Shown one piece after another: positions 62,600 through 64,000 of a stretch of 64,000 nt of DNA. Location of the stretch: positions 277,388,001 to 277,452,000 of the forward strand of contig OZ024741.1 of the NCBI GenBank assembly GCA_964016885.1, given 5' to 3'. Numbering within the stretch: the stretch's first letter is position 1; the number at the start of each line of letters is the position of its first letter. The notes below the pieces were generated by a model. The model had not been told where the DNA came from. It saw only the letters and a list, made by a program, of their open reading frames with translations, and did no database searches. The DNA is from Eledone cirrhosa (taxonomy: Eukaryota). A program made the translations under genes and the position numbers.

Positions 62600-63055
62600 A
62601 GGCTATGGCCAGCGACATGAACCTGCAACATATCCTGAAAAAGCAATGCCTGTGCTTTGAAGGTTTTTTAAGTGAGGAAAGGCCTTGCACTCGACCAATC
62701 CCACTCTCTGAGCATCGAAAACACTACCCGAAAAGGAGAACTGGTCAACATCATCGGATGCTCCCAAAGCTGCAGGATTTTTTTTCAGAGTTTCCCCTTT
62801 CCTAGAAAGGTATTGTGACAACAAGTGGGGGCCTTTCACTCCCAGGTGAAAGAAAAGTACTATTTGGATGGCCGTTGACTCCGCTGAGTTACTCCGCCCT
62901 TTGCTGGGTCTTGTATTTTATCCTGCAGGGTGTCCAAATATCACCCTCCTCCCCAAGCAAACTTGGTGGGGTTGCCGGTTTAGTCACCGACGACCCGACC
63001 ATGAGACAGGTTGTACTGGGTTACATGTTACCAGTAGCACTCGAGTGACCTGACA
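62600..63055 (-). mobile_element. RTE-associated non-autonomous repeat
   Basis: Homologous to 42110-42375, 31610-31860, 5990-6380 and 4612-4810; contains the RTE-5'UTR-like motif CTAGGARAAGG..ACTCTGA. Confidence 0.65.
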
Positions 63056-63389
63056 CATACATACATGCATGTATAAATTCATAAGTACATACATACCCAA
63101 CAACCCCAACAATATCAGCAAAGCCCTATATCCGGGTTACACTTCCACAGGGATCCTATCACATAACACCGGACATTGTATGTTTCAGCAGGCACTAACT
63201 CACCCCCTCTCATACACATATACATACGCGCGCACCTATATAGAAAGGTATACATTGCCGATCTCCCACACTTAAAAAGCGCTAGGGGGATACACTTAAT
63301 ATAACGAATGATACGCTCATGCGCGGCAATGCTATGAAATAGGGTAAAGACCACAATCGGCCGCTACGATCAAACGAACCTCGTATCAA

Positions 63390-64000
<611 letters not shown>

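Overview
AT-rich eukaryotic DNA made almost entirely of transposons and microsatellites ((TA)n, (CATA)n, (CA)n, (ACT)n). The repeat landscape suggests an octopus or other coleoid cephalopod, but this is inference only. No complete host gene is visible; there are only isolated candidate exons (8212-8276, 47409-47414) and a BACK-like ORF (36796-37155). Recognisable elements: five Penelope-like (PLE) coding remnants (three Nematis-type, one Neptune-type, one Naiad-type); one full-length and one truncated L1/Tx1 LINE; a near-intact Gypsy LTR element with 235-bp LTRs; R4-like, CRE-like and RTE-like LINE fragments; a Chapaev3-like transposase fragment; hAT-type MITEs; and many tRNA-derived SINEs. 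The strongest hidden signal is non-coding. About 15 minimal type-I hammerhead ribozyme motifs from roughly ten unrelated families can be folded by eye, some with variant cores or very long stem II. Many lie in 120-500 bp fold-back palindromes embedded in (TA)n, where one arm carries an extra tail and the shorter arm usually stops at a TA-rich motif. All alignments and folds were done by eye and need computational confirmation.
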